From: Lingula anatina
Lineage: Eukaryota; Animalia; Brachiopoda
DNA length: 64,000 nucleotides
Direction: 5' to 3'
Assembly (NCBI GenBank): GCA_051362555.1
Contig: CM120642.1
Location: forward strand, 9,176,001-9,240,000
The translations under genes and the position numbers were made by a program. Below are positions 52,110 to 64,000 of this stretch, one piece after another. Below the pieces are notes generated by a model, which had not been told where the DNA came from, searched no databases, and worked only from the letters and a program-made list of their open reading frames with translations. Numbering within the stretch: position 1 is the stretch's first letter; each line of letters opens with the position of its first letter.

Positions 52110-53680
52110 TTATATCTCCAAAACTGGCAGAGATAGGTCCATAGTTACTATTGAAGTTGAATAGGAAGTCATATACTGGCAATCTTACTGTGACCTTGAC
52201 ATTGACCTTTGACCTACTTTTCACCATGAACTGAACTTTGCAAATTTTGCTTCCCTTTTATCTCCAAAACTGGCAGAGATAGGTCCATAGTTACTATTGA
52301 AGTTGAATAGGAAGTCATATACTGGCAATCTTACTGTGACCTTGAAATTGACCTTTGACCTACTTATCACCATGAACTGAACTTTGCAAATTTTGCTTCC
52401 CTTTTATCTCCAAAACTGGCAGAGATAGGTCCATAGTTACTATTGAACTTGAATAGGAAGTCATATACTGGCAATTTTACTGTGACCTTGAAATTGACCT
52501 TTGACCTACTTTTCACCTTGAACTGAACTTTGCAAAATTTGCTTCCCTTTTATCTCCAAAACTGGCAGAGATAGGTCCATAGTTACTATTGAAGTTGGAT
52601 AGGAAGTCATATACTGGCAATTTTACTGTGACCTTGAAATTGACCTTTGACCTTCTTTTCACCATGAACTGAACTTTGCAAATTTTGCTTCCCTTTTATC
52701 TCCAAAACTGGCAGAGATAGGTCCATAGTTACTATTGAAGTTGAATAGGAAGTCATATACTGGCAATCTAAATGTGACCTTGAAATTGACCTTTGACCTA
52801 CTTTTCACCATGAACTGAACTTTGCAAATTTTGCTTCCCTTTTATCTCCAAAACTGGCAGAGATAGGTCCATAGTTACTATTGAAGTTGAATAGGAAGTC
52901 ATATACTGGCAATCTTACTGTGACCTTGAAATTGACCTTTGACCTACTTATCACCATGAACTGAACTTTGCAAATTTTGCTTCCCTTTTATCTCCAAAAC
53001 TGGCAGAGATAGGTCCATAGTTACTATTGAACTTGAATAGGAAGTCATATACTGGCAATTTTACTGTGACCTTGAAATTGACCTTTGACCTACTTTTCAC
53101 CTTGAACTGAACTTTGCAAAATTTGCTTCCCTTTTATCTCCAAAACTGGCAGAGATAGGTCCATAGTTACTATTGAACTTGCATAGGAAGTCATATACTG
53201 GCAATTTTACTGTGTCCTTGAAATTGACCTTTGACCTTCTTTTCACCATGAACTGAACTTTGCAAATTTTGCTTCCCTTTTATCTCCAAAACTGGCAGAG
53301 ATAGGTCCATAGTTACTATTGAAGTTGAATAGGAAGTCATATACTGGCAATCTAAATGTGACCTTGAAATTGACCTTTGACCTACTTTTCACCATGAACT
53401 GAACTTTGCAAATTTTGCTTCCCTTTTATCTCCAAAACTGGCAGAGATAGGTCCATAGTTACTATTGAAGTTGAATAGGAAGTCATATACTGGCAATCTT
53501 ACTGTGACCTTGAAATTGACCTTTGACCTACTTTTCACCATGAACTGAACTTTGCAAATTTTGCTTCCCTTTTATCTCCAAAACTGGCAGAGATAGGTCC
53601 ATAGTTACTATTGAAGTTGGATAGGAAGTCATATACTGGCAATTTACTGTGACCTTGAAATTGACCTTTGACCTACCTTA
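52110..53680 (+). repeat. 146-bp tandem satellite array (also at ~1745-2290, 3580-5030, 6555-7970, 19605-20775 and 29700-31260)
   Basis: Unit counted by hand as 146 nt (CTCCAAAACTGGCAGAGATAGG...TGCTTCCCTTTTAT). Confidence 0.95.
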
Positions 53681-56600
53681 CAATGAACTTAACTTTGATT
53701 GCACCATTTTTAGTTATATATATTTTTTGCATATTTTGAAAATTCTTGTTGATTGCATTTTTACAGCTTGTCAAGCACAAGACTGGTGGCTGCACCCCTT
53801 ATTTTGTGTATGTGGGGGTCTATACGAATGCGCTTGCTCCAGCTGGTGGTACAATATTCGGAGGTGGTATCGCCTCTCTGATCCTCTAGTTTGACTAAGG
53901 GTTCGAGTAGAAGTCACCCTCAGGGTGTGCACACACGAGTTGCAGATATATTAAAAAATTTTGTACAAACGTGAGAACTGGTAAGAAAATGCATGTTTGT
54001 CTATTTTTCATGGCCTCATGAACCTTTAAACCTTTTATTGGCAGGGGATTTTAGGATGTCTTTATGTAGACCCCCCCCCCCCTCCAATAGTGCTATGGGA
54101 AGGCTGTCTGGTGTTCTGATGATACCTATGATGTCCAGCTTTGCACATTACAGACTGCCTTTTTATATTTTAATGTTTTGCTACAAATATTAATTTTGTT
54201 AAGCTGAAGAAAACTCCTTGTGGAAAGAAGTGACTTTTAAAAGATACTTTAATCCAGAAAGACGACAAGATATAAAAAATAAGATAAATAAAGTTGAAGA
54301 ACTTCCTGTGTCAGTCCTCTTTTGCCCTGGGTTTTTTTCCCCAAAACACACACAAGCAAAGAAATCCACATTTTCTCTCTAAGGAACTTGTGACAAAGTA
54401 TGGCCCATGTTGTCGCCCCCACTCATCCTGTCCAAGGCCTTCCGTGTGACATTCCAATGTTCACATTGTGATTGATCAGTGCATTGATCTGCGTTTGGCT
54501 GCCAGCCAACGTCCACGGCCCACTGCCATTGTGTCACCATTGTCACCGCGGTGTAACTCTAGCTTTTAATGTAGGCCGTTTATCTATAGGACAGGGTAAC
54601 AGAAGAAAAGGGGGGAGCTTGTGTACATTCCTCCAGGCTTTGTGAGGGAGAAATTCATACTGAATAAATTAGGTCTCCCAATGGATGAGAGGTTTACCTT
54701 CGCCACTGATGCGGAAATTGAAAGGTGGAAGGAAACAAGTTTGTGTTTGTTCACGAGTTTGAGTGGAGAGAGGGGTAAACTTGGGAGATGGTTAGAACTG
54801 TGATGGTGCCCTGTAAGGTTTATTTCTGAGGTTTCAGTCTAGACATAAAGATTCCTGTTATATATGAGAAGGGGAATGGTAAGAAAATAAAAGTTGAAGA
54901 AGGGACATGGGGGGGGGGGGGGAGGTAGAAGAGACAGACAAATACTTGCTTCCTATTGGTATGTAGAGGGAAAGGCAGGGGTTGGAAGGAGACCAACATT
55001 CCTCACTAAAATATTTTACCTTTCAACATTGGTTTTTAACCAAGAGGCAAGTTACTGGTCATGTATTTAACTTTTTATACCAGTAATGCGCAAGTGCTGG
55101 TGGGACTACCATATTGTTTTTCTCCGTAGATAAAGAAAGCATGAAATATTGATAATGAAGTTTTAAAAATGTGTAGAAGAACACCCTCTTTTGACAATCT
55201 AGCTAACTAGTCAAGTTCAATTTGGCTGATAAAACTTCTTAATCTGTTTTTCTAATTGTGACTTTAAAATGAACTTCAACAGATCCCAGACTTTTATTTT
55301 TAGAATAATAAAATATGCAGTTCTTCTTAAATATTTACCTCTGCAAATTTTATATGAAATCTGATTTTATATTTTATTTGATTAACTTCGTAATTGTTTT
55401 CTGAAACCTCCTTACAAGTCTATCCTTTACGCAGTATCAGCTGATTTTGACACATAAGAGGACCTCAGTAGATGTCACAATAAGTGAACCCAAGTGAAAA
55501 GCTTCCACCCATGTACTTATTAAGCCTTGCTGAAATATATGAAGATGTGTAATTGGTCCAAGAGAAAGAATTTTGACCTGTCTGGTATGTCAGCAATTTT
55601 TGCAAGTGAGAGTTTAGCCATGGGGATGTTTCCTGAGCCTCTTGTACAGGTATTCGTTTGGCATGAGAGATGTAATTAATGGAGAACCGATTGCCCTACC
55701 TTATTCACAGTCATTCAAATAGACCTACTTTTTCAAAACTAACTGAAGTATGTATAAAAGAGAAAATTCTTTGTTATATTATTGTTTTGTTAGTTTTTTT
55801 CCTTCTGAATAGCCTTGTTTCTTGTTGCTGTGAGAAATATGATAATAATGCTTGTACTCATCCTGTCAAGTTTTAAATGGTGAATATGTTTAAAATTGTT
55901 GATGTTTTTAATGAGCAGCTGGCAGTGAGAAAAACATTTGATGCAAATAAAATGGTATGTTCATAATAAAACGTGGAATGAAGAACGTGTGCAATTGAGA
56001 TATTATTGTTAGATATGAAAACTGAATAAATCTGTATTAAAGGAATTATAATCAAGTACCCAATCAATTATATGAGGGTAAATAGGGGAGGGGGGATAAG
56101 ATTTTTCTTTAATATGTAAGTTGAAGAAATGTGTCTGTTTAAAATTTAGGGGCCACCCGTACAGTGTTTTTCTCACTTTGTATACAGTATCGAGGAAATA
56201 GTTGTCAAACTTCAGTCAGGATGCACCGCCCAGCTCCCCTGGCATACAGACTGTTTGGCAATAAGTGCAGTATTCGCTTATTTTAAGTGTGGTAGATGAG
56301 TGGAAAAAAGCATTATGTCCACTGTTATGCACAATTACTTAAGGTAGTAGATTTTTTTAAAGGATTTAATTTTTTAATCATCAAATACAGGCATTATTTC
56401 AAATTGAGAAATAGCTTGGGGAAAATCATGCTTGGCCTAGCAGAGTTAGAGAAACCAATTTTATGTATAATAGTAGTACAATGATAACTTATTGTTTGTG
56501 AATCATCTCCCATTTTGTATCTGAAAATAAGATGTCATTTTTATCACCCAGTTCTTAAAGTTAAGTCCAACCAGTAAGATACTTATAATCAAAATATATG

Positions 56601-57671
56601 TTGAGATCAAAATGAAATAAATTGAGATCCTGCTCTGTTACATCTTTCTTCCACATAGGATGTCAATAAGATTTCAGAAGAAATAAATGGGTACAAATGG
56701 TAGACTGTGGTCTTATCTAAGACCATAGCAAATAAAGTTAAGACAGGGCATTAAGTGCACCCATAGGTTATCTGTGTCAAAGGTTCTCTTGCTGGGGTGG
56801 TTATAACTTTTGGCACACCCTGTCAGTGAGTGTGACCCTTTTTGCTAACCCTACTTGAATGAAGTGATTCTCTGAAATGCAAAAAGAATTATTTTAGCTT
56901 TAACTCCAGAACGATCTTCAACACTCCCATCATTTAATCAGCCCTTCTTTAACCTCTGAGAGAAGGTTTCAGCCCATGGTGTATGTCCACTTGTTAGAAC
57001 TCCCAACTGGTTCTTTTTAAAGCATTTTAAGGAGAGCCTCGGATTGAAAATCATGCCAGGAAGGCAGGGAATTCAATTTGTAGTACTTCATTTTTGGTCA
57101 ACAGCCTTCATGATAAAGGGATATGATTTACTCTCCATATAAATAATCCAGCTGAGTTTTTATGTATTAGTGGAATAAAATGGTGGAATGTGAGGGTTTC
57201 TCATGCTGCATCACGTTGGCCTGTGGCTTTACAGGAATGGTTTTTAGTGAAGCTATTTATTGTGATTTAAATCATTAATCTTTAAATGTGGAATTAACCT
57301 GCATTAAGTATATAGAGTACGTGGTTTGCAACATGAAGGCAACTAAATCCACTCCTGTGGTGGCTCAATGTCACTGTGAGATATATGTTCTCTCTCCTTC
57401 GCGATAAATTATTAACATCCAGTTCCTAATTGTTTTTATTGTATTTGATTATGATAATACTTTGATCCATATCATAATTCTATTAATAAGTCTACCTGTG
57501 CACTGTGAAAGAATCAATAAAATGATTATAAAAAAAGTATATATACAATGGAAGTTTTAAAAAAAACATGAGTTCGTAGATGTTTCCCATGGTAGATAAT
57601 TGGTACGTGGTGATGCTTTTCAACCGAATTTTAATTGTTTCACATTTTCTTATTATTGTTATTTATTGTAG

Positions 57672-57781
57672 ATACACCAAGCCCCAGACCTTTGCGGATT
57701 GCGTAGGGGATGAGCTGCCATTTGGATGGGAAGAAAGCTTTGATCCTGTTATTGGGGTCTTTTACACTGACCACATAAACA
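57672..57781 (+). CDS. KIBRA: KIBRA/WWC coding exon 2 ([36 protein letters not shown])
   Basis: ttgtag acceptor and A|gtgagt donor. The KP.TFADC..DELP.GWEE linker plus second WW domain is diagnostic of KIBRA. Phase matches exon 1. Confidence 0.95.
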
Positions 57782-60700
57782 GTGAGTATACATTTTATAG
57801 ATTTAGTTAACTAATAGATTTTACACATAAACAGTGAATTTTAAGTTTAAACTATAGATATATTTTACATTGATAGATTTAAAAGAAACTTTTTATAAAT
57901 CTCACATACTTAGAAGGAAAGCTTTAAAATTCTGAAAGGAAGTTTCTAAATGTAGTTAGTCCTGCAGTTGAATTAAATATGGAGTAGATATTTTAAATAT
58001 GTCACTGTCAATGTCCATTTCTAAAAATGACATCTTGGCATCATTGTCACATGGTCTTATGGTTGTCACTGGAATTTGACTGATTTCCATAACTGTGCCA
58101 TCCTTGTGATGGAATGTCAGTGACCAGTAGTGATCCTGGATTGTATGCAGCTGTGTTTTCATCATTAAAGAAAGTGACATTTGTAGCCAGTAATGGCGTT
58201 TAGGAAAGCGACTTACTTACAAATACCTGCTTTTCAAAAAGCATGTAACTTGTTAATCGATACATTGGCTCATAGCCGAAATTGTGCAAAAACTGTATTT
58301 TCAGTATCAGTTGCTCTCTGTGCTTTTGACAGCTTTGCTGTCTAGTTCTAATAATTATGCGGAATTTTGAACTATCTATGTTTAAATTGGGATGATGACT
58401 TTCAATATGTTTGTGTTTGTTAGTTTTCACTTTAAAAGTCGGTCATAAATGTCAGTTCAGGTATGCAGGACATAGTAGCCACAGGCAAAACCTGTGTCTA
58501 GTTACCTTCTCCTTAACTCCTTCTCATGACTTACCTGTCATGTTGATATTAATATATATTTAAGGTCTTATCTCCATTGTATAACATTTCAGAATAGAAT
58601 GTGCCTGTTTTGTTTATGATATTTTCTCTCTTTTCTCTGCATTGGAATGTTTATCTTCCCTGATATAACCCCTATGTCACCCCAGGGGTAACAAAAGCAT
58701 TGTTGACATATGACTTTGTAATGAAGAAAAGTTGTGTATCTCTACATGTTGTTGTGCAGCCCACCGAGGTGGCCGAGGTTCCGAATTCAAAAAAAACACC
58801 TGATATAAGAAAGTATCAGTTTTGTCCATAACTTGAATAAACAAAATGGGTGAAATTCCTGTCGGGTCAGCTTTTTTTATTGTTATATTTAAGAAAGTCA
58901 GGAATCCTTTACAAGCCCTCAAGACAATGACACTTCAGGCATTAACTTTCCCCTCCAAATGTCAGTTTATTTAAACTATTAGAGTTGCTGACATATGGGG
59001 ATTGTGCATTGTAATATCAATAGATGGGCTTCAATTAAAACAATACAACAACTACCAATTCAGCAAATAGTTACTTAAAAGCATCTTAATAGTCTTCGGT
59101 ACAGGTTCGGATTTAGTCAGCTCTGAATACTGTGTCTAAACTGGGCAAAAATTCTTCACATTCCCAATCTGGACCACTGTGCCATAAAAGATGAAGTATG
59201 GGGGATCAGCCTAGGGAAATAATATGCTTGCTGCTGGATACAGGTATTTCACCTGGCGGGGACCTTCTCAGTAAACACAGACTTCTATCTCTACACATTC
59301 CACACTTGGTGTATAAGTATGGTTCATTGGGGAAAAACTACAATACTCTGCTTTTTTTCCTTTTGGTTTGTACTGGTCATCTTGAAGATTGATAAAATGA
59401 GAGCGTTGAATTGATTGATTACTAGAAAGGGAAGTAAGAAAGAAATATTTTAGTGAAAAAGAAAGAGGAAATGGGTGGAAAGTTTTATTGAAAGTATGAA
59501 CAAACCGGCAGATGTGCACTTTAAAAGGAAGAACTAATACTATAGAACTGATATTTATAGATGTAATAGTCAGCCTAAGTATCATGTGTATAAAAAAGGT
59601 GTTTTTATAACAGAGACTCACCCTTTCTTTTTATTTCAATAAGAAACAAATAGGATAAATTCTTAATGTACATTCAAAGAACATGTTGTCTCTGCTCAAA
59701 AAGGAAAATTTCACTGCACAAGGAATGATTAATTATAACGAATGCCACAAGGATTAATAAGGCATACTTGACAACTTTCAGCAATTAAACACTCACCACA
59801 GCAAAAATACACAAGCAACTGCTAAAAGGATACCTTAAAGCTTTGGCAAAAAGAAAAATGTGTTTATTATAAAAGATTTTTCAAAGAAAATTGCAATGTT
59901 TAACTGACCCCTTAGCTGTACCTACATGCCAGTGTTTGGACCACATACCTTTCACCACGCTGATTGATTTGAATTAGTACATCTCAGATGTGCATATGGT
60001 ACCTAGTATGTGTAACATTTGCCTGGTCATTCATGAGGGCTTGGGAAAATTCCTTTACTCAGATCAACTGTCCATTCAGCTAAAAATAGATGTAAAGTGA
60101 CCTTTACAAAGTTTTTGCTTACAAGTTGTACTGGATTACATGAAATTATTGAAAGGAATTTGATTGTGATTAGCTTAGATAATGTGGGAAAGGTTGTATG
60201 GGTTTGTTGAAAAATTGTAGTTATAGTGCTTTAAAATTGGTTCTTAAATGTATGACAACTAGCTGGAATTTATGGTAGAAGTTGGACACTAGGTAGATGA
60301 TAGGGAAATTGACATGGAAATGTGAGACTTGGAAAACCACTAATATTGTAATTCATTAGTTATCCCATAGGTATATATTGAGCTTACTTATTCTGATGTC
60401 AAATCAAGGCATTATCTATATTTTTTGGTTTAATCTGGATATGGCAGTTCCTTATAAAATTTGACTAAATATGTTTGTAGTAATGACATTTTTTTCCGAA
60501 AATTATTATAAGCCTCCAAGTGGAATAAATTGTATACAAAATTTTCTAAAAGCCAAGCTTTATCTTATAAATTAGTTCAAGCTTTATTAATAATTACAAA
60601 TCTTGAGAGTTGAAATAATGACATGTTTTAATCTGTGAAGTGATGGGAACTTAAGAATAGCACAGTGTAAATATTTAGTGACTCAATTACCTGTGCCTTA

Positions 60701-62963
60701 GTTAAGAGATAATTTGTATTTGATAGATCTCTTTTAGTGCAAAGAATTTGCAAATTATTCCAACTGGCAGGGAGGTTCATCCTGAGAACATTTTTCTGAT
60801 CATTCTTTCTTCTCCCCCAGAAAATGAAAACTTAATTCCATTTCTTGTCCTATTACACTTCTCTTTCATATCTAAATAATATTAGTAATTTTGGGGAATT
60901 TACTAGTAAATAATGAGGACAAAAATTATTTTCCTTTTGAAGGTTTCCTCCCTTTTATGTGAAAAACAGGTTCTAGAATGGTGCTAAATGTGAAATTGTA
61001 ATGGTATGAAATGTTCAAAAACAACTCTATGTAGGTAAGGTGATGGGAGAGGAAGGGTTTTCCTTTTTCAGCAGTTTTCCCTGTTGCCATAATATGTTGT
61101 TAATCTGAAAAAATGCACATTTGTGAAATCATCTCTGAATCCGTTCTCTCTTCTCTTTATTAGTAAATTTTTTAATTTATTTTTTTAATATCCATACAAG
61201 TTGTTTTTATATTTTAAAAATAGACGTACATTTGTTAACATACCAACATTATCAGCTGACCTTACAGTTATCCCCAGAGACATGAAGTTTTACATTTTTG
61301 TCCATAATAGGTGGAGAGCACTTCTTGGTTTATGGCTTTGAAAATAGTTTGGGTTAACCATGATTGATGGGAGGGCCACGCTAGTGCCCATGGTTCCAAA
61401 ATTTACTTTCTGAAATAATAGATATTCCTGTTCTAGGCCATCTACAGGGCCATTGTATGGTTGAACTGTGTATAAAGGGAAGACTTGCTATTAAAGTATA
61501 GTCATGAGCACACATTATTACATGGTCAGTTTTTGAGTCCCAGGAAGAGGAATGGGTTGAACAATGTGACTATCCTATTTCTTGGACTCAGACCTGACCG
61601 TACCAAAATATTTTATTTGTTTTTCTCAAAAGATCTGTTAGAATACAGAAGGGAGGAAGGGAGGAGTTGTTACAGTATACGTGGTAGATGTCTTGTTCTG
61701 AGAAACATAAAGATAGGAATGCAGGGGAGGGGGGGGGGGTAATAAGTGCTGCAGCCGAATTTGTTCTAGTTGGCAAGAGTCACTTCAAGAATTACAGGGT
61801 TTGATGGAGAAAGTAATGAACAGCTGAGGGACAGGACAATGTCAGCTTCATATTTTTTGAAAAAAGATAAAGATATTTTGAGGGTAGGTGTCTGTTGCCC
61901 ACCTGTCACTGTTACTAAGGAGAGAGCCCCAATGCTGGATTATCTTGGTCTCTCTCTGCAATGTGTTACTGTCATCAGCCATTGGCTAAGAATGCCACAA
62001 AAGCATGTCATTAGAATAAAGTGGAATTTTTTTAACTCCTGGTATGGAAACAATACAAATGTCCCTCACAGGGTTTGGGTCAAATCATTTATGGGTTTCA
62101 TTTTTGAGTGGCAGGATTGAACAACGATAACATAAGGCATTTTACTTGGGGGCCGTAAACAGTGCAGTCTTGCTGGTCCGTGGTTTTTCAACAGTACAGT
62201 AGCACATTTTTTGCTTATAGTCAGTGAATATTACAATTCCCTCAAAGTGAGACATAGAGCAAGGTCTGGATCACAATTTTTGAAGCATTTCAGGATATTT
62301 TTTCCACCACAACGGAATTGATAAGGAGGAATGTAACAGCTTGGCTTATCCAGTACTTCATTGTCAGGATAAAAAGCGTCTGAGTCCTGACCACAGTGTG
62401 GATGTTTTAAGGATTTTAATACCACAATTGTGGCGACTGGAGTGATTAGGTGGAATGTTGGCCCCTTTTTTTCCCTCAGCTGTGCCCGTTCTGGACCAAG
62501 TTACATAGCTAACATTGTTTGTGGTGCTGTGACTAAACTGGATGGTTAGAAATGAGACAAGTTCATCTCCTGGATTGAAGATTTCACTGAAGTAGTGAGG
62601 ACACTGTCTTTTTTTGTCTCCAAGTTCAACATTCAGGTCTGATAGTACTGGTATCAGAAGGACATTAGGAGATATTTCAGCTGGAATTTGCTCAATTAGA
62701 TTGTTTCAAGGAAATAGGAAGAGAGCTAAATATGGTAGCCCAGGAATATGAGACAAAGGCTCCACCGCCATATTATTTACACATTTTAAAAGACAGACTT
62801 TTTCCACAAGAGAGACACAATACAACTGAGAGTTTGAGCACAAGCAAGTCATTCATACGCAAACTTATCTGCTGTGCCAGACAGCAGGAGAAACGTAGAC
62901 AGTCAAAAAGCGATAGTTGTATATATATGAATGTTCAGAAACATTGTGATGGATATTTTACAG

Positions 62964-63058
62964 AGACCAATCAGATTGAAGATCCAAGACAACAATGGCG
63001 GCACCAACAAGAAGAAATGCTGCAAGAATATCTGGTGACAGCCAACGAAGATTTAGAC
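62964..63058 (+). CDS. KIBRA: KIBRA/WWC coding exon 3 (KTNQIEDPRQQWRHQQEEMLQEYLVTANEDLD); the gene continues beyond the window
   Basis: ttttacag acceptor and GAC|gtgagt donor. Matches the KIBRA TQIEDPR.QWR.EQE.ML..YL..A motif. Confidence 0.93.
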
Positions 63059-64000
63059 GTGAGTTTAAATTTTTATTTCTAATGATTGTTTACAGTAGAT
63101 TGAATGTAATCTTTATGAAGGCCTTGTGTTTAAGATTTTCTTCTTAATATTATATCTTTTTAAGTTAAATTGCATTTAAGTTTCCCCCTAGAATGGGCAT
63201 GTTATTTTCATCTTCGTCTGTTTATAATTTATTTTTACATTCCACTCGCGTTGGTTTAGTTGTAGACCACACTTAGTCATTTTGAGGTTATTGAACGTGA
63301 CTTCAGTCACGTGTTGGAATGGAGTTTTCTGAACAGTTGCTACAAATAAATGTTCAAAGGTTTGCATGTAATTGTATATTAACCAGGACGAAATAAGAAA
63401 AAAGTAAAGCAAACAGGTGTTCATGCTGTGTTTGTGGGCTAGGTCCTGCTTAAAGATGACACCCTGCTTAAACATTTGTGTATCAATGTGGTTGGGTAGT
63501 ATTATACAGTTAAACTGATGGGCAAAGAAAAGCAATTGAAAAGAAAGACTGAGAAGGAATCTCAATAACTTTTGATGAACAATGGATTTTAATTTGCTCA
63601 GTTCATTGATAAAAAGAATGTTTAAAAATTGAGAAACACAATATGCATGGACCTAGAATTCTTATTTAGTCATCTTTAAGTTCTAGAGGTCTGACAGTGT
63701 CTCAGTTATGAAAAAAAAAACATAATTGATCATAAAGAAATATTCTTTATTAACTCCTAAATTCACAGAATCTTCCCCTGTTGAAAGCTGACAAATGTTT
63801 CCTTTGGCCTCACTGTCTGTATTGAGTTTAGTCAACAGACACTAGCTCTCTGAATGGCAGAAATGCCAGGATCCAGGCTGCATCCTACAATCTTCCTGCG
63901 GAACAAGGTTGATCTTGTTCTGCAAGAATTTTATCTTAATTCTACATCATCCTCGGCTGGTCTGACAATTACCTGGTTAGCTAACAGATGCTGTAGAAAT

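Larger units (their letters stand above)
50002..53890 (+). mobile_element. HINE family A in KIBRA intron 1: a 5' partial copy (50002-50838) fused to a complete copy (50839-53890) with about 11 satellite units
   Basis: Two 5' ends and one 3' end. The 146-bp array at ~52110-53680 is highly homogeneous. Confidence 0.9.

Noticed and set aside
2258-53894. Recurrent short ORFs (MTLKLT.., MHFHG.., ..ERVEIIGDLN.., MQHCKH..)
   Set aside because: They are translations of HINE repeat DNA. Frames and stops differ between copies, and no Rep/Helicase motifs are present.
57956-58347. Segment ending CTGTGCTTTTGACAGCTTTGCTGTCTAGTT, resembling a family B 3' end
   Set aside because: Probably an old HINE remnant, but no 5' terminus could be located, so its boundaries are unsupported.
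61770-62120. 116-aa ORF in KIBRA intron 2
   Set aside because: Non-ATG start, no recognisable motif and no convincing splice-site pair.

Overview
AT-rich animal genomic DNA, probably a marine invertebrate such as a mollusc (inferred from repeat types and gene style). Two intron-containing protein-coding genes lie on the + strand. (1) A divergent protein kinase with 11 phase-compatible exons from 5258 to a stop at 32730; its 5' end is not in the window. Its N-lobe resembles NIK/COT MAP3Ks, but it has an HNDLHTGN catalytic loop and no recognisable activation segment or APE motif. (2) The first three coding exons of KIBRA/WWC (44629-63058). Most of bases 1-43 kb is nested non-autonomous transposon DNA. 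This includes three Helentron/DINE-1-like (HINE) families, two of them carrying internal satellites (146 bp; ~161 and ~337 bp), and all copies face the same direction. It also includes a 4.3-kb foldback element, a CAC..GTG DNA transposon with a truncated ORF, hAT-, IS3EU- and Ginger-like MITEs, an L2-type LINE fragment and a Penelope-like insert. The most notable findings are a possible WW-less, PPxY-bearing alternative N-terminus of KIBRA, a cluster of TEAD motifs in KIBRA introns, the atypical kinase, and the nuclear-receptor half-site-rich mobile satellite. All family assignments come from reading the sequence and recalled motifs, not from database searches.
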